Sequence record: SRR2962707_2080
Length of the DNA stretch: 64,000 nucleotides
Reading direction: 5' to 3' (one strand)
In this document: positions 40,192 to 49,060 of the stretch, one piece after another
Numbering within the stretch: position 1 is the first letter of the stretch
How the letters are laid out: the number at the start of each line of letters is the position of its first letter
Made by a program: the position numbers and the translations under genes
Notes under the pieces: model-generated
What the model was told of the DNA's origin: nothing
The model's input: only the letters and a program-made list of their open reading frames with translations
Databases searched by the model: none

Positions 40192-41985
40192 ATGAGCGAT
40201 TCAAAACAAAAAGGACTCTCAAGGCGCCAGTTTATTAGCGCAGCAGGCAGTGCTCTGGGTGTTGCTGCCGCGGGGGCGTATGTGTTTAATCAAATGGATT
40301 TCAATAAGCCACCGATCAGCAATGATACGCCGATGCCACCCAGCACCTTTTCAGTCAAACACATGGAAAGCGATGTGCTGGTCATTGGCAGTGGCATGGC
40401 AGGGTTATTTGCGGCCGTAAAAGCACACGACGCAGGCGCCAAAGTGACCATGGTGTCGAAAGGGCGACTGGGGAGCTCAGGCTTAACTCCGTTCGCCAAA
40501 GGTATTTTTAGTTACGACAAAAACACCAGCAACATGAGCATCGATCAGTTTGTTGCTAAGGTGACAGAATCTGCCATTCAAACCAATAATCCCGTGTTTA
40601 CTCGCCAGCTTGCTGAGCACTCTAAAGCGCGCGTAGAAGAACTCAAAGAGTGGGGCTTCTTTGACTCTCCGCTCTACAACGAAACCTTCTCTCGTCCCAT
40701 CAATGAAAGAGGCATTCCCCTGCATCAAAGGGTCATGATCACGCACCTAATCAAAGAAAATGGTCGCGTTGTGGGCGCCTCTGGTTTCAGTTTAGACAAG
40801 CCAAATTTAATCCATTTCAAAGCAAAGACAGTGATTCTGTGTTCTGGCTCTGGAGGCTTCAAACCCAGTGGTTTTCCGGTCTGTGACCTAACCCACGACG
40901 GCACAATTATGGCTTATAAAATTGGTGCAAAAGTCACCGGAAAAGAGTGGAATGACGGTCATCCAGGGTCCGCCAAGAATTCAGGCTCCAGCTACGACAA
41001 CTGGCACGGTCAAATTGAAGAAAAGCCGCAAATCAATGGCGCTGAAGTACGTCATGATCTTGGAGTCGATATGAACTACCAAGCTTATAAAATAGGTCCG
41101 CCGATCACCATGGGTCCACCACCAATGGGGCCATCAGGAAATAATCCAAAACGACCAGAAATGACGCAGATAAAAGGCGGTCCTTTTGTACCATCCGCCT
41201 TTCGCCATAGAGCGGCACCACCGCCAGAACAAGAAGGCGGCATATTGGCTTTGTTTTCAGGTAAAAAACCCGGCGGAGGTCCACCACCAGGAATGGGCGG
41301 TGAACAAGTCGGTGGCTCCAGCGCTGGCATGGCCATTCATAAATCAGAAGGACTGACGCCGATTAATGAAACGGGGCTCAGTACCATTCCAGGCCTCTAT
41401 GCCGCTGGCGATGCCCTCGGCTCGCATATGTCGGGAGGCATTTATGCACAAATTGGTTCCTCTCTCGCAGGCTCCGCCGTACAGGGCGCCATCGCAGGGG
41501 AAGCCGCCGCACAGGCCAGCAAAAAAATATCATCCGTCGCCATAAGCTCAAGTCGATTAAGAGACATTGAACAAGAAATTTTTGCGCCGCTAAAACGCAA
41601 GCGTGGCTACAGCCCGGCCTGGGTAACACAGGTTCTACAGGGCATCATGATCCCTAATTTTGTATTGTACATAAAGAAAGAACGTCTGCTGCAGGCGGCA
41701 TTAGCGTATGTCGAAGAGCTAAAAGAACATCATGTTCCTATGTTAATTGCCAATGATTTGCATAAGTTAAGACTTGCCCACGAAACCGAGAATATGATCA
41801 TCACGGCAGAGATGAAACTCAAGGCATCGATAATGAGAAAAGAAAGTCGCTGTAGCCATTATCGATTGGATTACCCAAAAATAGACGATAAAAACTGGCA
41901 GGCTTGGATTAATATCTACCAAGATGAGAAGGGTGAAATGGCGTTTGAAAAACAACCTTTTGGCACTTGGGCGAGCGCAACATAA
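40192..41985 (+). CDS. Tat-exported FAD-binding protein of the SdhA/FrdA/AprA/NadB family
   Basis: Twin-arginine SRRQFI plus hydrophobic stretch; DVLVIGSGMAG, GLYAAGD, RKESRCSHYRLDYP..DD.NW; GGAGG RBS. Confidence 0.88.
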   Translation: MSDSKQKGLSRRQFISAAGSALGVAAAGAYVFNQMDFNKPPISNDTPMPPSTFSVKHMESDVLVIGSGMAGLFAAVKAHDAGAKVTMVSKGRLGSSGLTPFAKGIFSYDKNTSNMSIDQFVAKVTESAIQTNNPVFTRQLAEHSKARVEELKEWGFFDSPLYNETFSRPINERGIPLHQRVMITHLIKENGRVVGASGFSLDKPNLIHFKAKTVILCSGSGGFKPSGFPVCDLTHDGTIMAYKIGAKVTGKEWNDGHPGSAKNSGSSYDNWHGQIEEKPQINGAEVRHDLGVDMNYQAYKIGPPITMGPPPMGPSGNNPKRPEMTQIKGGPFVPSAFRHRAAPPPEQEGGILALFSGKKPGGGPPPGMGGEQVGGSSAGMAIHKSEGLTPINETGLSTIPGLYAAGDALGSHMSGGIYAQIGSSLAGSAVQGAIAGEAAAQASKKISSVAISSSRLRDIEQEIFAPLKRKRGYSPAWVTQVLQGIMIPNFVLYIKKERLLQAALAYVEELKEHHVPMLIANDLHKLRLAHETENMIITAEMKLKASIMRKESRCSHYRLDYPKIDDKNWQAWINIYQDEKGEMAFEKQPFGTWASAT

Positions 41986-42057
41986 CCCTCAAAGTGCTTT
42001 GTCAGAGCCAATATCATGCGCCCTATTGTGGTACTGGCTCTGACTCAACGACAGGGA

Positions 42058-42735
42058 TTAACGCTTAAACCAACGCCACACAAACAACATTCTCAACAAG
42101 GCGGCCGCAACATATGTCATCGCACAAGCGAATAAAATCCGCTTAACCTTAGGCAAATCTTCGTTTGGTAAATAGCCGCCTTTTTCTAAAATAGGCAATG
42201 CCTTGTTAAAGCTGGCATCCCATTCTTCTGGTAAAATAGCCACCTGCACCAAGACCGCTAAGATCCCTGACAAACCAACCACAAGCGCATGAATTGCCAC
42301 CGCGTAAGGGATATGCAGCACAATCGATAACAAGGGCCAGCCAATTAATAACCCGCCCGCAAGGCGCTGTAAAAAAACCGCTTTGGGTAAATATCGCACA
42401 CGCAGCCGCGCAATTTTCTCTTGTCGTTCATGGGCTATTGCGTGGCTAACTTCATGACTTGCCACCGCCACAGCGGTTAAAGATTGGCCCGAAAAAACAC
42501 TCGGGCTTAAGCGTACTTTATGTTGCTGAATATCAAAGTGATCATGACCTTCTTGAGTGGTTTCAACCGTGACGTCATGCAATTCAAAACGACGAATCAA
42601 ATGTTGCGCCAACTCGCCACCAGAACCGGGTAAATAATCTCGCGTACCCGAGTAGCGCTTTAAGGTAAATTTAACCCATAAATGTGGCCCACAAATAAGC
42701 GCTAAAAACAGTAAAATAGCTAAGATCCACAACAT
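42058..42735 (-). CDS. Putative neutral zinc metallopeptidase (YugP-like)
   Basis: AVASHEVSHA (HExxH), LPEEWDAS, TYVAAAL. Confidence 0.85.
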   Translation of the reverse strand: MLWILAILLFLALICGPHLWVKFTLKRYSGTRDYLPGSGGELAQHLIRRFELHDVTVETTQEGHDHFDIQQHKVRLSPSVFSGQSLTAVAVASHEVSHAIAHERQEKIARLRVRYLPKAVFLQRLAGGLLIGWPLLSIVLHIPYAVAIHALVVGLSGILAVLVQVAILPEEWDASFNKALPILEKGGYLPNEDLPKVKRILFACAMTYVAAALLRMLFVWRWFKR

Positions 42736-42845
42736 AACGCACCGTCTATTAATAACAAAAAATTGATCCATCCAGCGTAATGGCTTTGACCCTATGGGGG
42801 CCACTCCTCTACACTTTAGGCGTTTTCAAAGGAAAAAAACGAGCT

Positions 42846-43424
42846 ATGCGAAACCCTCTAATCGGTCCCATTTTAGACATATTAAGAACACACCCAGAAG
42901 GCGTTGGTGAGTTTGAGATTCTTAAAATACTAAAACAACAGCTCCCTGAACTAAAAAATATTGCCACAGACCCCAATCTGCAATTGTTTCGGCAGCACTT
43001 TCTAATTATGAATGCGCTTTATCAACTGCAATCAAGCTTATGGCAAGAAGAATCACTGACTCTGTCGATCAGCGCCACTCACATTAGAATCCTTCCAAGT
43101 GAACAAGTTCCCCTCGCCAACAGTAAGGAGTTAAATAATAGCGTGGACGCAAAGCTCGCGGCGTATTATCTCGATTGGAACGAATATGAGAAGACCAATG
43201 AAGAGGCGGTAACGCGCTTATTAGACAGCTTTTACCAAGGCATTTATCAAACGGACGATCGTGAAGCGGCGCTTGCCACCTTACAGCTGACTCAAAAATC
43301 CCCCAGTAAAGACGAAATCAAACGCCAATATCGAAAGCTCGCACACCAAACACACCCAGATAGGGGTGGTGACACAGAGGCCTTTATTTCATTACGTCAT
43401 GCCTATGAATGCCTGATGTTCTAG
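42846..43424 (+). CDS. DnaJ-related N-terminal domain plus J-domain protein
   Basis: LF..HFL.MNALYQL, YYLDW; J domain with HPD motif. Confidence 0.88.
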   Translation: MRNPLIGPILDILRTHPEGVGEFEILKILKQQLPELKNIATDPNLQLFRQHFLIMNALYQLQSSLWQEESLTLSISATHIRILPSEQVPLANSKELNNSVDAKLAAYYLDWNEYEKTNEEAVTRLLDSFYQGIYQTDDREAALATLQLTQKSPSKDEIKRQYRKLAHQTHPDRGGDTEAFISLRHAYECLMF

Positions 43425-43576
43425 CCGTCAATAAGCCCATTATAAAGTGTAAATTCACCCTCTAAAGATTGCGTTACTTCGGCGTAGCACGCAAGATAAA
43501 TACTTCTTGGCAGCGACCACACAATCATTGCTGCTTATACTTTGTTTAATGAAAGAAGTTAATAGAAAGAGCGCTT

Positions 43577-44755
43577 ATGCCACTATTTATATCGTCGAGC
43601 ACCACCCCTGTAAAAAGCAAAGCAAAAAGTCTATTTACCACACTTAGCCTATTTTCATTGTTGTCGTTAACTGCGTGTAGCCAGTTTGAGGTCGATTCAT
43701 CCAATGACTTTGAGAATAATGGCCTAGATAAAACAGGCATAAAACGAGACGCTCTTTATTTAAAAGAAAGCCTACCTCCGGGTTTACCTTACCCCGATCC
43801 TAGCTTTCAAACCGGGCTAGACCAACAAATGGTTTACCTAAACAAGCTGCCTGAGCGAACCTACGAGTTAGAAGACACCAAAGTAAGCGTACAAGAGCTC
43901 AAACAAGTCACCAATGAAATCCAGCACTGGCTGACACAGCCCACTTACCAACCACAATTAAAGGCGCTGCAATTAGCAGGGCAAGATTACCGCGGTAACG
44001 TGCAAATCACAGGGTATTATGTGCCCGTCATACCGGTTCGCCACAAACCTGATGCCGTCTATCGCTACCCTCTTTATCGTAAGCCATTGACCCGCGACGC
44101 CAATGGCCAGTTTCCTAATCGCGAACAGATCGATTTCGAACACGCCTTACAAGGCCAAGGTCTTGAGATTGCCTACAGCGCAGACCTAGTCGACAACTTC
44201 TTTTTGCATGTGCAGGGTTCTGGCGTAGTGCAATATGAAGACGGCACGCGGGAGCTGCTATCTTGGGGTGGCGTCAACGGTTGGCCGTATCGTAGTCTAG
44301 GTAAAATCCTCATTGAAAATGGCGAAATAGCGCGCGCAGATATCTCGGCTCAAAGCATCAAACGCTGGCTAAAAGACCACCCTGATAAAGTCAGAGAAAC
44401 ACTTTCACAAAACCCAAGTTACTTGTTCTTCAGTGAAGGATTATCCGCACCAGTGGGCGCTGCCAATGTCCCGCTAACCCCACTTTATTCGTTAGCGGTA
44501 GACCCTAAAGTGATCCCTCTTGGCTCTATTTTGCTGGGTGAAATGCCTAAACTAGACCAACAAGGTAACCTCATTGGTCACCAGTTTCGACTCTTGCTAG
44601 CGCAAGACAAAGGTGGCGCGATAAAAGGACCAGGACACATAGATTGGTACCAAGGAATTGGCGATGAAGCCCACATTCATGCGGGCCAACTTAAGCATTT
44701 TGGTAAAGTCTGGTTGTTATTGCTGAACAAAAAAGAGACCGATTTAACCCAATAA
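43577..44755 (+). CDS. mltA: Membrane-bound lytic murein transglycosylase A
   Basis: Lipobox LTAC; TGYYVP, FFLHVQGSG, NPSY.FF, AVDP..IPLG, QD.GGAIKG..H.D. Confidence 0.93.
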   Translation: MPLFISSSTTPVKSKAKSLFTTLSLFSLLSLTACSQFEVDSSNDFENNGLDKTGIKRDALYLKESLPPGLPYPDPSFQTGLDQQMVYLNKLPERTYELEDTKVSVQELKQVTNEIQHWLTQPTYQPQLKALQLAGQDYRGNVQITGYYVPVIPVRHKPDAVYRYPLYRKPLTRDANGQFPNREQIDFEHALQGQGLEIAYSADLVDNFFLHVQGSGVVQYEDGTRELLSWGGVNGWPYRSLGKILIENGEIARADISAQSIKRWLKDHPDKVRETLSQNPSYLFFSEGLSAPVGAANVPLTPLYSLAVDPKVIPLGSILLGEMPKLDQQGNLIGHQFRLLLAQDKGGAIKGPGHIDWYQGIGDEAHIHAGQLKHFGKVWLLLLNKKETDLTQ

Positions 44756-44799
44756 AAACCTTCTTTTTAGCCTATTTAAAAGGGTCATAGACGACCAAT

Positions 44800-44838
44800 A
44801 AAAACGGCGCATTCTGCCATAAAATGCGCCGTTTTTTT
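44800..44838. terminator. Bidirectional terminator between mltA and tonB
   Basis: AAAAACGGCGCATT...AATGCGCCGTTTTTTT. Confidence 0.85.
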
Positions 44839-44904
44839 ACCTTGTATGCGAACAATACAATGATCCTAGAGTGAACCTATCTGGCTTCTAGCGTTTGTCC
44901 AAAC

Positions 44905-45858
44905 TCAATAGTCACTCAATTTAAAAGAGACAGGCAAAGTAATACTCAGCTGTTTTTCCGGCATATCGTCGGAAAACTTAGGAAGAGGCACGGCCCGCTT
45001 CAGCATGGTTAGCACCGCTTTGTCTAACCGGCGATAGCCGGAGCTTTTCACTATCTTCGCATCAGAGACACTGCCATTGGCATAGGCGGTGAAAGCCAGA
45101 GTCACAACGCCTTCTTCATTACGACGACGAGACGCACGAGGGTATCGCTTATTCTGCGCCAACGCAGTAGTGAGCTGAGTAAAGTATTTGGCTTTGGCGC
45201 CAGGATTGCCGCCTGTGGTAACCGCATTCGAGCTACCAGTCGTGGCTTTTTGACTTGCTTGCGACTTGGGTCCTTGCTTCTGCGGTGTGGCACTCGCCAC
45301 TTGGGTATTTTGGCTTGGCGCGTTTTCAAGCGTTGGTTTTGTTTCTGGCTGAGTCTCTACCTTTGGCGTCGGTTTGGGCGTAGGCTCAACCTTAGCGACC
45401 GGTTTCGGTTTTGGCTCAACCTTCGGCTTAGGCGTCACTTTAGGCACAACCACAGGTGAGGTTTGTTTGGCCACAACAGGGGGAGCAGGTTTTATAACGG
45501 GTTTTTTCACCGGCTCAGGTGTTGTCTCTTTAATCGGTTCTGGCTTCTTCTCGACCGGTGTTGGTTTTTTCTTTTCGACCGGCTTAGGCGGCTTTTCTTT
45601 AACCTTAGGAGGATTGTCTTGCGGTTTCTTTTCCAGCGGTTTTTCTTCGGCTTTTTTCGGGGTGACGTTTTCTTGCTGCGCCAACGTCGTCTGTGCCGCT
45701 GCGCCCATGTCTCCCATCATACCAAGATCAAATTCAATGCCTTGAGCACCCGCGCCTTTACTGCCTTCAGGGGCATGATGAAACACCGCATAAAAACCCA
45801 CAGCATGCATGGAAAGTGCGGCCGCACCAGCTATCAACCAATGACGCTTAGAGATCAT
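44905..45858 (-). CDS. tonB: Energy transducer TonB
   Basis: N-terminal TM with S..H, Pro/Lys/Glu-rich spacer, YP..SRRRNEEG.V and SSG...LD C-terminal domain. Confidence 0.92.
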   Translation of the reverse strand: MISKRHWLIAGAAALSMHAVGFYAVFHHAPEGSKGAGAQGIEFDLGMMGDMGAAAQTTLAQQENVTPKKAEEKPLEKKPQDNPPKVKEKPPKPVEKKKPTPVEKKPEPIKETTPEPVKKPVIKPAPPVVAKQTSPVVVPKVTPKPKVEPKPKPVAKVEPTPKPTPKVETQPETKPTLENAPSQNTQVASATPQKQGPKSQASQKATTGSSNAVTTGGNPGAKAKYFTQLTTALAQNKRYPRASRRRNEEGVVTLAFTAYANGSVSDAKIVKSSGYRRLDKAVLTMLKRAVPLPKFSDDMPEKQLSITLPVSFKLSDY

Positions 45859-46286
45859 TTCTGACCTCTTTCTAATTGCGTGGCCAAACTGACCTTGGTC
45901 AACCCAGACGCCCGAATTTCACTAAAAATAGGGCGTAAGACATCAACCGGAATAAGACCGTCTGCTTTAATTTGCACCCAGAATTTGTCTTTATTCTGTG
46001 CCTGTTCAAATTGGCTTTCTAAGGCGGGTTTTATGGCCTCAAGCGAGACCAATTTATCGTCTAAATAAATCTGTTTATTCTCACCCACAACAATCAATAC
46101 ATTCGGCTCTGTCGCCGCCTTGTTGTCATTAATAGAACTCGGTGGAATCACTGGAATTGGGTCGGCTTTGCGAATTTGCCCCGCGACCATAAAGAAGACC
46201 AACATAAGAAAAACCACGTTGATCAATGGCACCATACTGTCGTCGTCGGCTTTATTCTTGGCCGCAAACTTATCGGCTATTTTCAT
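45855..46286 (-). CDS. exbD: ExbD/TolR family protein (atypical Asn in TM)
   Basis: MVPLINVVFLMLVFFM, IKAD. Confidence 0.88.
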   Translation of the reverse strand: MKIADKFAAKNKADDDSMVPLINVVFLMLVFFMVAGQIRKADPIPVIPPSSINDNKAATEPNVLIVVGENKQIYLDDKLVSLEAIKPALESQFEQAQNKDKFWVQIKADGLIPVDVLRPIFSEIRASGLTKVSLATQLERGQK

Positions 46287-46705
46287 TCTTTATCCTTGCT
46301 GGAAAACGCGTTCGCAATCGACACGGTTTTCGCACCACTTTCCTTAAGACGGTCAGCCAGATTCAACACACTTTGTAGATTAACGCCATCTTCTGCGCTC
46401 ACGGCAAAGGTGCCTTTTTTGTGCTCTGTGATCAGTTTTTTAAACCATGCTGCATCGGATATCGCGTAAGCACTGCCGTCTAACCACACCATTTGATCAT
46501 TCTGCTTCAGTGTGAGCAGCACGATATCATTGTCTTTTGCGGCGCTTGGCGCATCCGATGCCACCGATAATGGCGTGTCTACTGTGCGCCAAGGCACAAA
46601 GCTCGAAGTCAACATAAAGAACAAAAGCAGAATAAAAACAATGTCTATTAACGGTGTCAGACTGATCGCAGTTTTGCGTTTCGGCTGACTTAAATTAAGC
46701 GGCAT
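46283..46705 (-). CDS. exbD: ExbD/TolR family protein
   Basis: ISLTPLIDIVFILLLFFMLTS. Confidence 0.9.
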   Translation of the reverse strand: MPLNLSQPKRKTAISLTPLIDIVFILLLFFMLTSSFVPWRTVDTPLSVASDAPSAAKDNDIVLLTLKQNDQMVWLDGSAYAISDAAWFKKLITEHKKGTFAVSAEDGVNLQSVLNLADRLKESGAKTVSIANAFSSKDKE

Positions 46706-47384
46706 GCAGAACCTCTTTGGCCGCTTTAGCAACCAAACGCTCCGCTTCTTTGCAGGTAAATACTTGCGTCACCGCATCGTTCACCATATGAGAAATACGT
46801 TCCACTTTACGCTCTAACCAGCTGTGCATAGTCACCACAGGAATAGCGACCGCCAAACCGACTGCCGTCGTTAGAAGCGCTTGCCAAATACCGCCAGACA
46901 AGACTGAAGGGTCCACTTGGCTACCGGCGCCTTCCATTTGCTGAAACGCGGTAATCATCCCCAATACGGTTCCTAATAACCCAAGCAATGGGCTCAAAGA
47001 TGCGATGATTTCTAGTGGACGAAAATACGAGCGCAGTTGATTCAGCTTATTCATCGCCAGACGCTCAACTTCTTCACGGATACGATCAACTTCCATATTG
47101 CCAGACTGCAAGGAGCGAATTGAAAAGCCCACCAGCGAATCCACTGGGCGTGTTTCATCGAGTAATTCTAATGCTTGGTTTGGATTATGCTGACGCCATG
47201 CTTCCAATGCCTTATCAACGGTTTTACGACTCTCTGCACGCATCGAAGCAAACTGCCAAAGTTTCATTAAAACGATCGTCAAGGCAACAACAGAAAAGCC
47301 CATTAAGATCCATACCACAGGTCCGCCGACCTGCAAAAAATCAATAATCTGCTGCTGTACTGAATTTTCCACGTTGAGCTCCAA
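46695..47384 (-). CDS. exbB: MotA/TolQ/ExbB proton channel protein
   Basis: SPLLGLLGTVLGMI.AF, GGIWQALLTTAVGLAVAIP; start uncertain (TTG). Confidence 0.92.
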   Translation of the reverse strand: MELNVENSVQQQIIDFLQVGGPVVWILMGFSVVALTIVLMKLWQFASMRAESRKTVDKALEAWRQHNPNQALELLDETRPVDSLVGFSIRSLQSGNMEVDRIREEVERLAMNKLNQLRSYFRPLEIIASLSPLLGLLGTVLGMITAFQQMEGAGSQVDPSVLSGGIWQALLTTAVGLAVAIPVVTMHSWLERKVERISHMVNDAVTQVFTCKEAERLVAKAAKEVLHAA

Positions 47385-47404
47385 ATAAGAGAATGACTAA
47401 TAAA

Positions 47405-47423
47405 ACAAATGGTATTCATTCTC
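47405..47423. promoter_or_regulatory. Fur-box-like site upstream of exbB
   Basis: ACAAATGGTATTCATTCTC, 13/19 match to GATAATGATAATCATTATC, in the expected context. Confidence 0.6.
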
Positions 47424-47613
47424 AACTCCGTTTTCAACTAAACAATTGTGCAATGCAATGCATATTTCAACAATATCGTCTTTCAAAAGGGCTAAAGATG
47501 GCTTTTGTCTTGGCTTTTCGTTAATAACCAGGCTTTAGAAGCAAGAATGCCACTTGATACTCAGTAGCAAGTGGCATTGTTTGTGGCAGGAAATCAGCGT
47601 TCTAAAAAATACT

Positions 47614-48933
47614 CTAGTTGTTTTCCACCATTTGTAGCGTGCGGCGGTACATATACCAAGAACAGATCCCGGCGAGTACATTACCAATCAAAACCCCCAC
47701 AAAAAGGCCTTTTAGCCCTGCGATTTCCGATCCGATCCAAAGGCACGGCAAGAAAAAAGCAAACAGGCGTAAAGCAGATATAGTCAACGCGGTATACGAT
47801 TTCCCTAAGGCATTCGAAATAGACACCATCAGCATACAAATACCCAGTGGCCCTAAACTAATAGGGACTATCATGAGATGCCAATGCAAAATCGTCTGAA
47901 CCTGAGCCTCGCTCGTCATAAGATTCGCAAGCCCACTGGCGACCAAGAACGTCAGGATGGCAATCAACAGTTGGAACAAGAGCACAAAACGGCACGCGAC
48001 CTTGACTATATAGCGAATGTCTTGGGTTCTTCCGGCGCCCAACAAGCGCCCCACAAATGGTGGCATCGACATAGTAAGGGCAAGCACCGCCACTATCGAG
48101 AAGAACTCAAACCGAGAACCTAACGCCCAAGAAGCGACAGCAGCGGTACCAAAACCTGCAATCAACTTTGTGGCCAACATAGACGACACAGGTGGCAATA
48201 ATTGGCTGACCATCGCAGGTCCCATGATGTGGCCTATATCCGCCAAGCTTTTGCTGATTTTTAAATCTTTCCAATCAAATGAAAGCCAATGGCGACGAGC
48301 AACCAGCGGCGCCACAATCAGCACCCCAATGCTAAATGCCAAGACAGTAGCAATGGCGGCGCCATTCAGGCCTAAGCCTAATGTAAAAATGAAAATCGGA
48401 TCTAGCACCAGGTTAAGCAAGCTGGTCACTATCATCATAATACCGGGAAGCAAGGTATTACCGTTGGATCGGCAAATGCTGTAATAAAAGTAAATCACAG
48501 CGCCAACCCAAGCGCTAAGCAGCCAATACGGCCAATAACTGTCGATCACAGAGTAAACCGAATCTGGCGCACTCAATAGCGCCAATATAGGGTGACGTAA
48601 TAACCAAATCAGTAGCGTGAAAAACGCCAGTCCAATACTGCCGATCATCAGAACCAAGCCGCCTAATTGCTTGGCATAACGCACTTTTTGCGCGCCTAAT
48701 GCTCTAGAAATCATCGCTGTTGTCGCGATTCCCAAACCAACTTGTAAGCCAATCACAATCATCTGAATCGGCAAAGTAAAGCCTTGAGCAGCCAGCGGCA
48801 ACACCCCCAATTGACCAATAAAAGCACTGTCCACTAACTGGAAGCTCATTAATGACAAGATCCCAAAGAGCATGGGCCACGTCATGGTAAAGAGTTCGCG
48901 GGCGAGAGATGGTTGAGCGGTGTTTGAAGACAT
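47614..48933 (-). CDS. MATE family efflux transporter
   Basis: QLVDSAFIGQLG...LAA, NLVLDPIFIF...G..GAAIAT; about 12 TM. Confidence 0.92.
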   Translation of the reverse strand: MSSNTAQPSLARELFTMTWPMLFGILSLMSFQLVDSAFIGQLGVLPLAAQGFTLPIQMIVIGLQVGLGIATTAMISRALGAQKVRYAKQLGGLVLMIGSIGLAFFTLLIWLLRHPILALLSAPDSVYSVIDSYWPYWLLSAWVGAVIYFYYSICRSNGNTLLPGIMMIVTSLLNLVLDPIFIFTLGLGLNGAAIATVLAFSIGVLIVAPLVARRHWLSFDWKDLKISKSLADIGHIMGPAMVSQLLPPVSSMLATKLIAGFGTAAVASWALGSRFEFFSIVAVLALTMSMPPFVGRLLGAGRTQDIRYIVKVACRFVLLFQLLIAILTFLVASGLANLMTSEAQVQTILHWHLMIVPISLGPLGICMLMVSISNALGKSYTALTISALRLFAFFLPCLWIGSEIAGLKGLFVGVLIGNVLAGICSWYMYRRTLQMVENN

Positions 48934-49060
48934 AAGTTAGGTTTTTTTGAAAACTAAAGACAAATAAAGGATCCTGATTATACGTGATTTTTGTGACAAA
49001 TTCGTAATATCGAGATTTGTCTATTTATAATCAAGATTCCCCTATCATATAAAGCTGCGA

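Noticed and set aside
42766-42779. TGATCC followed by GCGTA as another sigmaE promoter
   Set aside because: Spacing far too short compared with the N15 motif
45250-45864. Plus-strand ORFs rich in F/G/R
   Set aside because: Antisense shadows of the Pro/Lys-rich tonB spacer
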